From assembly GCA_026770705.1 (NCBI GenBank), contig JANJGN010000038.1, positions 10,292,001 to 10,356,000 on the forward strand: 64,000 nucleotides of DNA, written 5' to 3'. The notes below the pieces were generated by a model. That model had not been told where the DNA came from, ran no database searches, and saw only the letters and a program-made list of their open reading frames with translations. The translations under genes and the position numbers were made by a program. Of the stretch, positions 36,640 to 49,749 are shown piece by piece; position 1 is the stretch's first letter, and each line of letters starts with the position of its first letter. This stretch comes from Isurus oxyrinchus. Lineage: Eukaryota.

Positions 36640-38035
36640 TGAGTCTCACGTCAGTGGTCGGGAAACTATTGGAGAAAATTCTGAAGGAAAGAATCTATCT
36701 TAACTTGGAGAGAGAAGGTTTGATACGAAATATTCAGCATGGATTTTTCCGAGGTAGGTCAAGCCAAAAAAATTTTACTGAGTTTTTGAGGAGATGACCA
36801 GGTGTGTAGATGATGGTAGTGCAGTTGATGTAGTTTATATGGATTTCAGAAAAGCCTTTGACAAGGTCCCAAATGGCAGCCTTATAAATAAGGCAAATGT
36901 GTATGGGATACAGGGTAATTTGATAAAATGGATTATAAATTGGCTTAGTTGTAGGAGACAGAGTGTGATGACAGAAGGCTGCTTTAGTGACTGAAAACTC
37001 GAGACCAGTGGTTTACCATAGGGATCTGTGCTGGGTCCCCTATTGTTCGTTATTTATATAAATGACATAGATGACTATGTGAGGAGTGTGATTAGTAAGT
37101 TTGCGGATGACACAAAGATTGGTTGGTTGGTTTACAGTGAGGTTGAGAGTCTTGGGCTGGAGGAAGATATTGGCGTGGTGGTCAAATGGGCAGATAAGTG
37201 GCAGATGGAATTTAACCCTGGAAAGCGTGAGGTTATACACTTTGGAAGGAGTAATTTGACAAGGAAGTATTCAATGAACAGCATGGCATCAGGAAGATCT
37301 GACGAACAAAGGGACCTTAGTGCCTGTGTCCATAAGTCTCTGAAGGCAGAGCGGCGTGTTAATGGGGTGGTGAAGAAGGCATTTGGGACACTTGCCTTTA
37401 TCAGTCGAGGCACATATTGCAAAAGTAGAGGGGCCATGTTGGAGTTGTACAGAACCTTGGTGAGACCACAGTGGGAGTGCTGTGTGCAGTTTTGATCGCC
37501 AAATGATAGGAAAGATGTGATTGCGCTAGAAGTGGTGTAGAGGAGGTACACCTGGATGCTGCCTGGGCTGAAACATTTAAGTTATAAAGAGAAGTTGCAT
37601 AGACTTGGGTTATTTTCAGCATAGCAGAGAAGACTGAGGGGCGACCAGTTCAAGGTGTACAAGACTGTGAGGCGTATGGACGGGGTGGATAGGGAGCAGC
37701 TGTTCCCCTTAGATGAAGGCTCAGTCACGATGGAACACAAGTTCAAAGTGAGGGGCAGGAGGTTTCGGGAGGATGTGAGGGAAAACCTTTTTTACCCAGG
37801 TGTTGGTGACTGTCTGGAATACACTGCCTGAGAGGGTAATGGAGGCTGGTTGCCTCACATCCTTTATAAAGTGCCTGGATGAATACTTGGCACGTCCTTA
37901 CATTCATGGTTGTGGACCAAGTGCTGGTCAATGGAATTAGTTAGGTAGGTCAGACGTTTCTCACGTGTCAGTGCAGACTCGATGAGCAGAGGGGCCTCTT
38001 CTGCACTGTGCGAACCTGTGATTCTCTGATTCTGT
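36640..38035 (+). mobile_element. CR1 LINE RT + 3' end
   Basis: VSLTSVVGKLLEKIL..QHGF, VDVVYMDFRKAFDKVP, GSVLGPLLFVIYINDID..ISKFADDTK..WQMEFNP, LVRPQWECCVQF; ends in gattct repeats. Confidence 0.9.
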
Positions 38036-38924
38036 GACTGCATATTCAACTCTCCATGAAGTGATTGTCATGATTATAAACAGCAGAATCAAATCTCTAA
38101 ATTCGCTGACCTATCAACAATTAAAGTGAATGAGCAACTCTCTTCTCACCCAAACATTGTTTTAATCATTTGCTTATATGGGTGAATGTACTTGAATTTG
38201 AAAGAATGGGACAACTGGCAATATGCTTCCTCGCCAATGGTGCAACTGAACGATTTCTTACCTGTGGAAACATTTCAATAAATCTCCAGCTGGGGTGGGC
38301 AAACGAATCCCTTTCTATGGTCCACGTATTTCCAAGGTTTGCTTCTGTAGAGTATGTCCTGTCTCTGCCCAGGTTGGGTAATCCGTTGAAACCTAGTCCA
38401 CAGACAGAAGTGTTGCAGGGTCTCTCCCCATTGCAAATGCTGCAACTTCAATTGTAATTCTGTGTAAGTGATTACAGATCATTGGATAGCCATTGCATTG
38501 GAACACTCTCAGTTGGGTGCCTGTTTTCTTGTGCTTCAAGCAACACCGGCCTTTGAAATAAAATTCCACTGATAGTATTGGCAAACATTGATCCTTTTTT
38601 TGTTTTACTTTCTGTTCTCCATTCCCGGGATCCACTCTCGCTGTTGTCTGAAAGAATTGCTTTTGGATGGTTTTAGTTTTGCATTTACCCAGTAGCCTTT
38701 GAGTTCCCCTCCTGAAGATATTGACTCAGAGGAAAAGCAAGATACATACAGCTGCTCTAATATTTCCTACAATTCAATTAGCTCATGGGTAATCTATATA
38801 TAATTTGCATCTACCCACCTTAGTTTTATTCTCTTTCAATGGTTTTCCTGAAAGTAGTCAATCTAATTTTCGCATGTTCGATTGACTCCGATTGTCTTTG
38901 AACCTTTAGGAGAAAATGGTCAAG

Positions 38925-39415
38925 GGGCATGGTAACATAGTAATTATTTTAATGGAATAAAACACGAAATCTATTTTATTGATTCGGGACATAATTTAAG
39001 ATCCCACAGCGATGGCTAAAATAGTTGAGTTAAGTTCTCTAAATACAGCTGAAATTAAGAAGGCAAAGAAAAAGAAAAATGACGCATCACGAATAATTAC
39101 CATGAAAGTATATTCTTATCAAGAAGGAAGAAAATGCGTTCTGTTTCATTAATGCATCTTAGTGGAAGGATTGTGCTTTAGGTCCCCTGCTTAGTGTACA
39201 TGTGATTCCTGACACAAAGAGATGTACTTAAGTGTTAACTGTGGTCTGAAATGGTCGAACAAGCCACTATGAAACAAAAAAAAAAGTAACAGTGTGAGGA
39301 ACACTCGTGATTTTCCTAGGTGCTGGAAGTTACAAAGGTAAAGCCAGCCCAATCGATCCTGCAAAGCCCTCCTCATTCACATATTGGGACATGACAGCTG
39401 ATCCACAAACTAGCC
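38925..39415 (+). mobile_element. HE1-like SINE, degraded
   Basis: ggcatggtaacatagt..atcccac..taattaccatgaaa..ttcattaatg..tacatgtgattcc..cttaagtgttaactg..tctgaaatggtcgaacaagccact. Confidence 0.5.
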
Positions 39416-40149
39416 AATGGAAAGTCTGACATTGTCGGACTCGCCGAATCAAACCATTGAGAAAATGTTCCAAACTCTTCCATCACCAGCTCTGATTATG
39501 TGTTGTCACAATGGCATAATAACAAAATGTATAGTAAAATGTGGCACGCTATTTGGCCACAACAGGATGGAACATTTGTCCTCAAAATCCAAAAGGGCAA
39601 AATGACAATTAAATTTAAACTATGTTCAGATATCTCTTTGAGTTTTGCGAACAGCAATTAGATCTCCTGGCCTTGAAGGAAAAAGCTTTGTAATCCTGAA
39701 TACAACAATATCATTGCAGTAAAAATACTACAATGTGCATTCGTTGGCTAGTAATTATAAAAACGTCTATCTTTCAAATTTGCGCCTACAGTTTTGGAGC
39801 CAATGTAGTTTTTAACCGCCAGGCATCAGAAAGGATAAGAAGTAAAACACACAATTTCAGTTATTGACCTGTTACAGCCATCTTCTTAATTGGGATGATC
39901 CATATAGAAAAGTCGTTTTCAAAGTGGTCATCATATCAGTAGTTGAATGTTGCAATTGTGATCCATCTTTGAAAGTAATAATACCAGGCATCCAGTGTAG
40001 TTATACTACAGATAGAATCCCATGTGAAAGTGTTTTCATAATTATATGCCAATTTGAATTTTGTCTAGTTAGCAAATCTCATGTGAATTTTGATTGCTTC
40101 CTATACTAGGCTGTGCTATTAAAATCAGGGATTTGAATTGTTTATTTCT

Positions 40150-40510
40150 TCTTGATGCTTTCACATGTCCTGGATGTCACTAAGCAGGCCATCATTTGTT
40201 GCCCATCCCTAATGCCTTTGTCCTGAGTGGCTTACTTGGCCATTTCAGAGGGCAGTTAAGAGTCAATCACATTGTTGTGGGACTGGAGTCACAAGTAGAC
40301 CAGGCTAATTAAGTGAACCAGATGGGATTTTACAGCAAACTGTGATAGTTCCATGGTCACTATTGCTGGGGCTAGTTTCATAACTTATGATTCATTCAAC
40401 GAGTTGAAACTCTATCTGCTGCCTTGGTTTGATTTGATCCTCTGTCTCTAAAGTATTAGCCTTGACACCTGGATTATTAGCTTTATGACAGTGCGATGGC
40501 GCCACCATCA
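40150..40510 (-). mobile_element. HE1-like SINE
   Basis: ttgcccatccctaat..gagtggcttacttggccatttcagagggcagttaagagtcaatcacattg..ctggagtcaca..agtgaaccagatggg. Confidence 0.7.
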
Positions 40511-40529
40511 TCCCAATGAAATGGAGAGA

Positions 40530-41390
40530 AAAAACATACCGAGAAACAGAGAATTTAAGAAATCACACATACAATTGCGCTGCTTTAGGTTACACTGGGG
40601 ATACGTATCTCCCTTCAGTTTACTATTGTACTTCAACCAACATATTGGTTTAATTTGTCCAATCCAGATATTTGAAGAAAGTTTATTTCAGTTTTTAACT
40701 ATTGTATCGCAATTAACCAATTATAAGGAACACTAATTCATCGAAATAGATTAAATTATTTGAAAAGCAAGTACACAAAAATATATCTGCAGTCTCTTTG
40801 TCCGCAGTGCTTTAGGCAAACTCGCAAAATGGCCACAGCCTTCCCTTTCGGGCCTGAAAATACCTGGGTATATCTCAAGTTATCCTGGAAGACTCAAGTA
40901 GCCCAAAATTGGAACTCCAGGTTAACAAAAAAAATGTTGTCATGATGCAACAGCGACACGAGTGGTACTGTTCACGAATCAGTTGAAGAGAATAGAACAA
41001 ACCAAGTTTCTACTCATCAGGCAATTGAGTAACGCCATGTATGAATTCCAGCACCAGGCAAGTGAGTCAGAGGTCCCAGCGATTGGTTGGTCGAATCAAA
41101 CAAAATGTCCCTCCACCCGGTTCATAATATACAGAACAAAGATCCAACTGAAGCAGCCCGCGCTTGTAAAACTTGAATCAAAACTCCAACAATTAGAGAC
41201 GATTCCACGATTGGTCAGCATTCGTTGAGCAGTCTTGAGTGCGCTAATTGCGTCACAGTAGCAAGAACTTCAAGGTGATCCGTCAAGTTGGTCACGTGGC
41301 TCATTAAAACTTGTCAGGGGCAACATGCATTCATAAACAAGGACTGGATCTCTGCAAGCTAAATTAATTTTCCAAGGTCTTTCAAAATTT
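40530..41390 (+). mobile_element. Penelope-like element remnant (RT C-terminus/GIY-YIG)
   Basis: FGPE..VYLKLSWK.QV.Q, TRVVLFTN, QLSNAMYEFQ, IGWSNQ (RLADRIKQH-like). Confidence 0.6.
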
Positions 41391-41399
41391 GTGTGCAGA

Positions 41400-41795
41400 A
41401 TTAGGCTTCGCTGGCTAGGTTAACATTTATTGCCAATCACTAATTGTCCTTCGGAAGTTGATGGTGAGCCGCGTTCTTGAACCGCTGCAGTCCATGTAGT
41501 GTACATGCAGGTACAGTGCATTTAGGGAGGAAGTTCAAAGATTTAACCTCCATGACAGTGAAGGAACGATGATCTGATTCAAAGTCTGGATGGTGTGTGG
41601 CTTGGAAGAGAACTTGAAGCCGATGGTGTTCTTATTCATTTCCTGTGCTTGATCTTCCAGGCAGTAGAGATCGTAGGTTGGTAAGATGATGTCTAAGAAG
41701 CCTTGGTAAGATCCTGAAATGCATTATGTAGGTTGTTCACAACTGCTGCCTCTTTGCATCGGTGCTGCAGGGACTGAATGTTTGTCGATGGGGTG
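41400..41795 (-). mobile_element. HER1-like LINE 3' end
   Basis: catttattgccaatcactaattgtcctt..ggtgagccgcgttcttgaaccgctgcagtccatg; homologous to 8266-8640. Confidence 0.7.
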
Positions 41796-41814
41796 GTAAT
41801 AGACAAGTGATAAT

Positions 41815-43000
41815 AAGAAATTGCAACATCAGTAAGCCATTCGGCCGTTCAACCCTCCCCCCCCCCCCATTCAATAACACCATGGCTGATCTGCCCCAGG
41901 CCTCAACTCCTATGTACTGCCAGCTCTCCATGAAGATCAACTCACGATATTTCAATAATCTATCCATCTCTTTTTTAAATACCTTCAGAGATCAAGCCTC
42001 CACAACTCTCTGGGGTAGAGAATTCCAGTCATTCAATACTCTCAGAGAGAAGATATTCCTTCGCAACTCAGTTTTGTATGAGTGGCCCCTTATTATGTAA
42101 CTATGTCCCCTAGCTCGAGATTCCGCCACGAGATCGAACATTTTCTCAATATCCACCTGCCAACAACCCCTCCCCTCAGGATTCTGTTCATCTCAATAAT
42201 ATAATTCCTCATTCCTCTAAACGCTAATAAATAAAGTCCTAGTCTGTTCAGCCATTCCTGATAAGTCAACTCCTTCATCCCAGGAATCAGCCTAACGAAT
42301 CCGCTTTGAACTGCATCTGATGCCAATATATCATTTCTTAAATACGGGGACCGAAACTGTACATAGCACTCCAGGTGTGGCCCCACCGAAGCCAGCACAT
42401 TTGTAAAAAGACCTCCCTATTTTTAAAACTGTAACCCCCTAGCAACACAGGCCAAAATGCCATTTGCCTTCTTAATTACTTGTTACATTTGCATGTTGAC
42501 GTTTTGTGTTTCGTACACAAGAACAATCAGATCCTGCATGTTTTTGGGGTCTCTCTCCATTTTAATAATAGTCTGCCTTTTGATTCTTCCTACAAAAGTG
42601 AATGACCTCACACTTTCTTGCATTAATCTCCATCTGCCAAGTGTTTTTTTTTTTTTTCCCACTCACTCAACCTATCTACAACCCCTTTTATATTCCTTAT
42701 GTCCTTTCACAACATGGCTTCTCACCTATTGTTGTATCTTCAGCAAATTTGGATACATCACACTCTGTCCGCTCCTCCAAGTCATTGCAATAGGTAATAA
42801 ATAGTTGAGGCACCAAGACTGATACTTCTGGCACTCCATTTCTTGCGTCTTTCCAATGCGTCTGAAAAGGACCCATTAATCCAGACTCTCTGTCTCCTGT
42901 GTGTTATCTAATCCTCAGTCCATACTAATACATTTCTCCCAATACTGTGAGCTCTTATCTTGTGCAATAATCTTTTACATGGCACCGTATCGAATGCGCC
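41815..43000 (-). mobile_element. CR1 LINE RT C-terminal half + 3' end
   Basis: Minus-strand ORF LASVGPHLECYVQFRSPYLRNDIL..VQSGFVRLIPGMKELTYQEWLNRLGLY; also SKFAEDT and SGVPEVSVL remnants. Confidence 0.85.
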
Positions 43001-43789
43001 AGTCAAGCGCATTGCTTTGTCCTGGATAGTGCTGAGGTTCTAGACGGTAGGTCATCTTTTGAGTTGCCTAAAATCATGGGGAGCTAACGGCTCTCCATTG
43101 CATTCTCCATGGCTGCGCTCGGCCAATCAGCTTCGAGTTCCTTTGATCGTTTGCAATTCGGGATTCATGATGAGTGCAAGACAATAAGCTTCCATAACTT
43201 ATCCCTCATTTTCAGCAATACACGTAATTCTGTACTACCAAGTGACAACTTGTGACAGATGTTCCTCATCCCTGTCATCATTTCAAAAGCTATAAAATCC
43301 TTGCAAAATGTTCTTCCCAGAACTGGACTCAAATGCTCCAGCTGAGCCAAACCGTTCTTGTGTTTTTATCATAGATTGCTACCTATATAATCAAGCTTCC
43401 TGTATGCCGATTTATAAACATATGGAACATGTATTTAGCTCCTGCAATCCCGTTACAATCATATCCTTTATTCGAGTTTTCTTATCCTTATTCTTCATTC
43501 GAAGGTGATTCACTTGACAGATAGCTACGTTAAAGTTAAGCTGCCAACTTGTATGCCCATGTTATAAATCTGTCCATGGTTTTTGGAAGTTCAGCACCCC
43601 CGTCACATTAGTTTGCAATATTTCCAAGTTTTGTCACATCTGTAAGCTTTGAAATTATGTCACGTACACTCAAGTCAAAGCAATTATATATATCCAGAAA
43701 AAGGGTGCTGACACCAACTCCTGGCGAAATCTTCCTCCAATTTGAAACATTTTTTGACTCGTCAGGTCACTTTTTAAGAATACCGATGT

Positions 43790-44220
43790 AAGGGGAAAAC
43801 AACAATTTATACTGCATGTGAAGAGAGTGCTGATTGCTTGGCAAGTGGACTCCGGCAGAGGAATTATCATAGAGAATGCACGAATTATGGCGACTGAAAG
43901 TTAACTCCTAAGCTTTGTTTGAAATTTTAGCTAGGCAGCTTGGCCTTGATTAGTCAATGCATTGCCTTGAGGAATGAGTCAGCGAATGGCTGTCACTTTT
44001 TGTATTTAGCTGAACCAGGCACAATGTGTGTGCATGTCTTTTCTGCTTGCAAAGAACAGGGCCCTGTGTATTAAAATATGCAGCGTCCAAATACATGCAA
44101 ATGCACCACTCTGCAAGCCCAACTGATAATCTGAGTTGGTTGTCAGCGTTATTCCTAGCGCAATTAATTTTATTTAGCAAATGTTCTCGAGTTCCGAATC
44201 GCATCCAATGTTGAACACTG
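43790..44220 (-). mobile_element. Penelope-like GIY-YIG C-terminus plus terminal sequence
   Basis: ORF remnant EHLLNKINCARNNADNQL...YLDAAYFNTQGPVLCKQK; adjacent sequence matches the interior of 36237-36602. Confidence 0.6.
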
Positions 44221-44334
44221 TAATTTGAGCTTTACCAGCACTGGCTCATTGGATATGTTCTGTATTTTGCCCGTTTCGAGGTTCAGCCAGCATCAACATT
44301 TGCATGATTTACGTCATTTAGAAACATTGTGTTT

Positions 44335-44760
44335 CACTTTCTTACCGCTAAATTGCACGACTTCACATTTCTGCACTTTGTACTCCGATAGAAATTCCAC
44401 TCCCTTAACCTTTCGACATCAATTTTCAGCCTCCTTGCGATCTCCTCACAGCTTGCACCCGCACCAAGCCTTGAATCGTCAGCAACTCTGTTATTTTCCA
44501 GGTCTTTTCCTAAGTGATTAAAGCAAATTGTAGCAGAGGCCATCATTGAAAGTTGTGGCACTCCACTAGTGACAGCCTGCCAGCCTGCCACCCTGAAAAT
44601 GCCCGGTAGCCATATTATTTGCTTCCTCGACATTGACCGATCTTCTACCCATGCTAATGTATTCGCTTCAAACCCATGATTCATCATCTTGTGAACTAAC
44701 CTTTGTGTGGAATCTCAAGGGATTTAAGTTCGAAATCCAAGTGTACGGCATCAACTGGTG
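44335..44760 (-). mobile_element. CR1 RT fragment
   Basis: HGFEANTLAWVED..KQ..GWQAVTSGVPQ..ADDSRLG. Confidence 0.7.
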
Positions 44761-47226
44761 TCAAAATGTGTCAAAAACGATGTCACTATCATAACCCATG
44801 AAGATTTCCTCCAATCATAGCATAAATATCTTAATGAATTGTTCAGAATTCTAAACAATCGATTCCCACAGTTCCTAGCGACCGAAGAAAGGCTCATTGC
44901 AATTCTGGTCTACATGTGGCATTTATTTTTTACCATTCCTATCTGTTGAAGTGCAAATACTGTCTGTCTCTCCTATTCGAAACATCTTCCTGGAGCTAAT
45001 CTTTATCAGGTTTTGCAGTCGTCCATCTTCAACAGCTTTGTTCCCTCCACAAATTCAGCCATTGTTGTTGTGTCTTTGAGCTTCGGGTCATTATCAACTG
45101 CATTTAAAAAATAGGTTCAAATAAGGAGACTCTAGGATATCCACTTTAGGCCAATTCATCTCTGTATCCATGCCGTATAGGCACTATGCATCAACATGCT
45201 AGTAACACCTTGTGAAATATATCCACCAATTCAAGCAACTGATTCCTAGATGAACTACGTGCAAGGACTGAAAAAGCCAAGTGTATCGCATCCATTAAAT
45301 GGATCCTACCTGGTGAAGTTTAATGGCACAGACTCCCTTTCATGGACATATATCCACTATATATTGAGATTACTTTGCATCCATCTGTTCCGTGGCTTTA
45401 TTTGCAGCAACGGTTGCTCAGGAGTACACACTCTGAACATCAACTCAATACTTTGTACTTTCCTGGATCAAATTGGCATCTGCTTTCCTGGAGAACCAGC
45501 CACTCTTTAATGGTCAGGACTTTCTCTTTAATTTGTGTGCGGCACCCTGCAATGTGCTTACGTATTTGCATAAGGAAGCTCGATTAAAGTTAACTGGCCA
45601 CTTAGGTCGACGAATCAGAATTGAATATTGGACAGCTGTTCATTAACCATGTTGATCGCAATGTGACCTGAGTCACAACGATTCTCTGACACACTCTAAA
45701 ACAAGTCATTTTTTTATCCATTAAATGCGTGGAGGTGTTTTAAATATCTGCACGAAATTCGCCTATTCCCACGTCTCTATACCTATAAATGTATGTATTT
45801 CTGAGTCCCAATTACTGATCATTGAAAATTTGTCTGTCTCAATATCCCACTCCAATAACATGAAAAAAAATACAATATTAATTTATTGTGCTCCCTTCGG
45901 AGACTGTTTATATATGCGAGAGAAAATGCTGGACACATTTCGTTGACTGGATAACATCTCTGGATTGAGAACAAAAAAACAGGTAACCGTTTCAGGTTGA
46001 TGAGCTATCAACGGAACTGCAAAAGTGTTAGGGGTGTTTTATGGACGTGCTAATTGGACATCAGTCAACATGCGTGGACTCTTCAGTGGACATATTCGTG
46101 AAAAATTCTTCTTGAACATTTAATCACTTGAAATTTCCCAATCATCTGCAAATGTTGCGGCATCTATCTCAATGGGCATTCCTTGATTTGTGGAGCATTA
46201 CCATTCTGGATGACCCGGAGTCTTAATCTCATTTAAGATCATAATTTCCAACCAATAGTTTGCCTCGGCTTAATCTTCCTACCACATTACAGCACTTCAA
46301 TCTTGGTCTGAATTAAGTTACTTTGCCATTTATCCTCATGTTTTTCTGATATTCTTGTATTTGGTCACATTCATCCTTAGCATTAGCAAAACCTCAACCC
46401 TTCCTAAGTTAGCATGGTACGCAACTTTTTTTATACTATACTTCCCAGCACTGAGATCAGCTCATTCAAGTCCCCGGTCGAAAATGGGGGCTAAAGTTTC
46501 TATCCCCATGGATTATTACTGCTACTTGGCACCCGTAGTAATAACTATATTCAATTCCTGCTCTCTGTATTTCTTTTCTGTTTGTTTTACTTTGGTAGTA
46601 GTGGTTAAAAAACCAATGGGAATATCTGGACATTTTAAATAAGTTATTCATGGTGACCTGTGTATGCACAAGCTGAACACGTGGTAGAAGCAGAATGGAT
46701 AATATTTCTTCCAAAAATGAATCACTATTCAGAAAGGAAAATAAATTACTATGAGAAAGAGCATTGGAACCGGACAAATGGATTAGCACTTTCAGGACAA
46801 GGAATAATTGGTGTACTGGCCTCCATCTGTGCAGTGCAATGCTATGCTTTGTTATCCATTCAGCTACCGCAAAGCTGAAATAAAATGTTAGCAATTTTAT
46901 CCTCAAATAAATAAACGGCAATAAAATGGTAGGCAAACGTACACAAGTCAAAAAAGCAACAGCGTAAACGTAACAAAAGACACTGGATGCTGAAGACCTG
47001 AATGTTCTGATGAAATGGCGTCGACGTGACACCTTGGCTTTCCATCTTTCTCCTCGTGAGTGTTATCTGTTTCTATCTAATAACAGATACTTTCATATGG
47101 ATAAATTCCAGCTTCATTCCGACATCGCATGATTTTAAATGTATTACATGATTTGTTGTTGTTATTTTTTTTTGCTGAGATTAATTGAGGTTCCCATTGG
47201 CCAACCCCTCGGTAATATCCGTGTAG

Positions 47227-47354
47227 ATTCGATAGACCGCATCTGGATTGAAGGCTATGAGGACGATAACGGGAACATCTGGACAATAGCTCCAACATTC
47301 ATTGCCCTGTTCTTCCTGAGAATTTTCGACAGCGCTGCCGTCACTCTGGTAAAG
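47227..47354 (+). pseudogene. Immunoglobulin heavy-chain TM1 exon, copy B (orphan, probably degenerate)
   Basis: Acceptor gtgtag|A, 128 nt, donor AAG|gtgaga. Encodes (D)SIDRIWIEGYEDDNGNIWTIAPTFIALFFLRIFDSAAVTLVK, with S>P, S>R and Y>D changes in the CART helix. No C exon seen in the preceding 12 kb. Confidence 0.85.
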
Positions 47355-47501
47355 GTGAGAATATTCAATCCTAGTGGATTGAACACTACAATCTGACAGA
47401 AGCGGTTTGAAAACTTTCTAAACATCTCAACAATTAAAAACTATAATATGAATGCACCAGATCATAAACATCTGCTTCATTATTTTCTGCCTCTTTTACA
47501 G

Positions 47502-47510
47502 ATCAAATGA
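47502..47510 (+). pseudogene. Ig heavy-chain TM2 exon coding part (IK-stop), copy B
   Basis: ctcttttacag|ATC AAA TGA; gives cytoplasmic tail KIK. Confidence 0.8.
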
Positions 47511-47941
47511 TCGGTTGAATTTGGACCCTGTAGCTTTTCCTCAGCTGTGTATTCCAATATAAAATATGTTGTCTTGGTGATTCTAAAAGTGAAATGTCTT
47601 CAATTTGTGATCCCAAATCTGTAACCGAACCTGTAGCAGTATTTCCTTTTTCATGTATGAAATGTGCGAGATGATAATGGTTGTAATGTAATTGTAGCAT
47701 CTAATTTCCCTAGAGTTAGGATTTCAATTGTAATTAAGTAACGTTTTCATTCGTTATTCATTATTGCCCGCTTCCCTTTCCTTTGAGCCACAGTTTTCTC
47801 TTTCTGATCTATGTTCCAGTGGTACATACAATTTACCAACTCAGCGTGCATGTGTTCTGTTCCCAACGTGACCTCAGACATTATATTCACTTCTGTTAAC
47901 TTTAAAATAAACTTTCTTGTGAAATATTCTCTTATATTACT

Positions 47942-47947
47942 AATAAA
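47942..47947 (+). terminator. Putative polyA signal, IgH TM copy B
   Basis: AATAAA at the position homologous to 5881. Confidence 0.55.
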
Positions 47948-48899
47948 ATAGAATGAAAAGTGGACTAACTGTGACTTTGCTGGATTCCTTTCTCCAAGGC
48001 CCATTCACACCGCTCCATTTTCCCTATTACACATTTCTCCCAGTTTTACCAGTCTTGTCTGGGATCTGTTTGCACCGAAGACCCCATTGGGCCACCCATC
48101 GTCCCATCCGTATAAGGAGACCTTTACCTCTGCCTGTTTCTGGCAATTGACTGAGGCGGAATGATTGAACAGGGAAGGTCACCTCGGTGATTTCACTCTG
48201 GGTGGTCACAGTCACGTGTCTGGTAATTCTAAACTATAGTGTTCGGCTTCATTGGAGGCTGATATAGGACAGGGAATTGGAGCAGAAAACTTCCTTTAAA
48301 ATACCCCATCAAACACTCCCACCGTTGGTGCAATCAGGGTCAGAAAAAGGGTAAAGATCCCTCTGCATTGTCCGTTTAAACACTTTGAAGTTGGGATGCC
48401 ACAAGCTAGATATATAACACAGGCAGAATATGGAGCACAAACCAAGGGATGTTTCCAGGGACTGGGGCGTGTCTGGCACTGATATATTATTAAGTACACA
48501 TCCTGCAAATTATTACAGAGCTTTAGGTCTATTCGACATACTGGGGGTCAAAACCGTGAAAATATTCAAAGGTGGGGTCAAACTTTATGCTGTAAGTAAC
48601 CATAAACATGGGGCTTGTTCACAGATCCTGGGGCCGATCGGATACTGAGACACTGGCTTTGCATTTTCTCTTAAATAAACAAACAGACGTAGCCCGCACC
48701 TCGCCCTGGCCCACCCCTTTCCGTTTAGCATATACATGGTCCTTATTCGGGTAAACACAGGCCGACTCTCCACTTCCACCTTTTCTGTTAAATCCATTAG
48801 GGCTGTCATTCGCCCTTCTGCTGTGATAATGAACTGTATTCCTGATCAGCTCATTCCTACTAATACCATCTCCCTGAACTCGCTGAACATCACCCCAGG

Positions 48900-49110
48900 G
48901 GTAAACACAGAAAACGCTGAAATTATCAGCAGGTCTGATAGAATCTGTGGAGACAGAAACAGAGTGGTCTTCTCGAGTCGTTATGACCCTTCTTCAGATG
49001 GACTCGAAACATCAACTCTGTTTCTCTCTCCTCAGATGCTGTTAGGCCTGATGAGTTTTTCCAGCAATTTTTGTTTTTGTTTCAGATTTCCAGCATCCGT
49101 GGTATTTTGC
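48900..49110. mobile_element. Head-to-head Penelope terminal-repeat pair (palindromic)
   Basis: aaacacagaaaacgctg..tcagcaggtctg..atctgtggagacagaaacagagt..cgagtc versus gactcgaaacatcaactctgtttctctctcctcagatgctg..cctgatgagtttttccagcaatttttgttt. A second similar pair at about 49455-49695. Confidence 0.7.
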
Positions 49111-49749
49111 ATTTATCACCACAGGGATTTCGTTCTACCTGCTTCATCGTTTCGTCAGACGATACTTCAGAGCCTCCCGATCACGGGAATAACAGCAGAA
49201 GTTTTTCTTCATATCCCACTATCTTCCAATGTTTTCCTTCTGAAACAGAGCCACTTTTATCTAATGCCCCAGAGTTCAGGCACGAGGTTCGTTGTTGTTG
49301 AATATAGGAAGGGTTCGGCAGAGAAAAATTACCAACACATCTTCAAGACTCGGAATGATATTTATGAATGAGTGAAGTTAATGCTTAAACCCTTTCTCTC
49401 TCCCAATCTCTCTCCCTTCCTCTACTGCAATGGCATTCAGGGCATCTGAATCAACAACAGAAAAGGTTCCAAAAACTCAAAGGTTCTTAAAGCATCTGTG
49501 GAGAAAAATATAGAGTTAACATTTTGAGCCTGCATGATTCTACTTCAGAGTCTTCTTATCTAAATAAAAGTCGGACAGACTCGAAACGTTAATCCTATCT
49601 TTCTCTCCAAAGGTGCTGTTGGACTTGCTGTGTTTTTCCAGCATTTTCTGTTTTAGTTTTAGATTTCCAGAAACTGAAGCAATATTTTGCTTTTTCCATT
49701 CAGGACTTCCCTCGTCTGGTGGCTGCATTTTTCTTTCACCGCTGCCATT

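Noticed and set aside
46050-47032. 188-aa minus-strand ORF (46466-47032) just upstream of IgH TM copy B
   Set aside because: No Ig-domain C/W pattern or other recognisable motif, and it is on the opposite strand to the TM exons. Faint hints of a decayed Gypsy protease/RT are too weak to call.
48736-49371. 211-aa plus-strand ORF
   Set aside because: Runs through the palindromic Penelope terminal repeat; no protein motif.
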